A stretch of DNA of 63,454 bases, the filler included, from Octopus bimaculoides (taxonomy: Eukaryota): NCBI RefSeq assembly GCF_001194135.2. It is 6 parts of 6 records of this genome, joined end to end, with 100 filler letters (N's around TTAATTAATTAA, not from the genome) between each part and the next. Parts side by side here need not be neighbours in the genome. Positions count along the whole stretch, not along the records: positions 61,062 to 63,454 come from NC_068982.1; 5 more parts are not named here. One strand, given 5' to 3'. The translations under genes were made by a program, and so were the position numbers. Position 1 is the first letter of the stretch, and every line of letters starts with the position of its first letter. Below are positions 63,323-63,454 of this stretch, in pieces. The notes under the pieces are model-generated. The model saw nothing but the letters and a program-made list of their open reading frames with translations. It searched no databases and was not told the DNA's origin.

Positions 63323-63454
63323 TAGCAGAGCCACCCGGCGTTGCCTGGGAATGAAATTGTTGCTTATTGGTACTTACTCTTTTACTCTTTTACTTGTTTC
63401 AGTCATTTGACTGCGGCCATGCTGGAGCACCGCCTTTAGTCGAGCAAATCAACC

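Overview
AT-rich, microsatellite- and SINE-saturated animal genomic DNA. The repeat families suggest an octopod cephalopod (my inference, no search run). The window is not one contiguous locus: five identical 100-nt linkers (44 N + TTAATTAATTAA + 44 N) split it into six pieces, and there are many ordinary N gaps. Splice-aware reading, mostly missed by the ORF track, gives fragments of four intron-containing genes. (1) A + strand immunoglobulin-superfamily gene: leader exon 2695-2818, V-like exon 4477-4797, C2-like exon 5913-6212 with one in-frame TAG, and a second V-like exon 7764-8084. (2) One + strand synaptotagmin-7-like C2B exon (13096-13210). (3) Six phase-consistent minus-strand exons of an SLC5 sodium:solute symporter (24703-40660). 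(4) Six minus-strand exons of a receptor guanylyl cyclase, covering the kinase-homology domain and hinge (54813-60801). The rest is tRNA-derived SINEs, remnants of Penelope-like, RTE, L1/Tx1-like, R4/Dong-like and Ty3/Gypsy elements, fold-back elements and simple repeats. The most striking observation is the pair of duplicated V-like Ig exons. Their flanking introns are 97-100% identical, while the exon cores differ almost only by amino-acid-changing substitutions, as expected for a diversifying recognition receptor.
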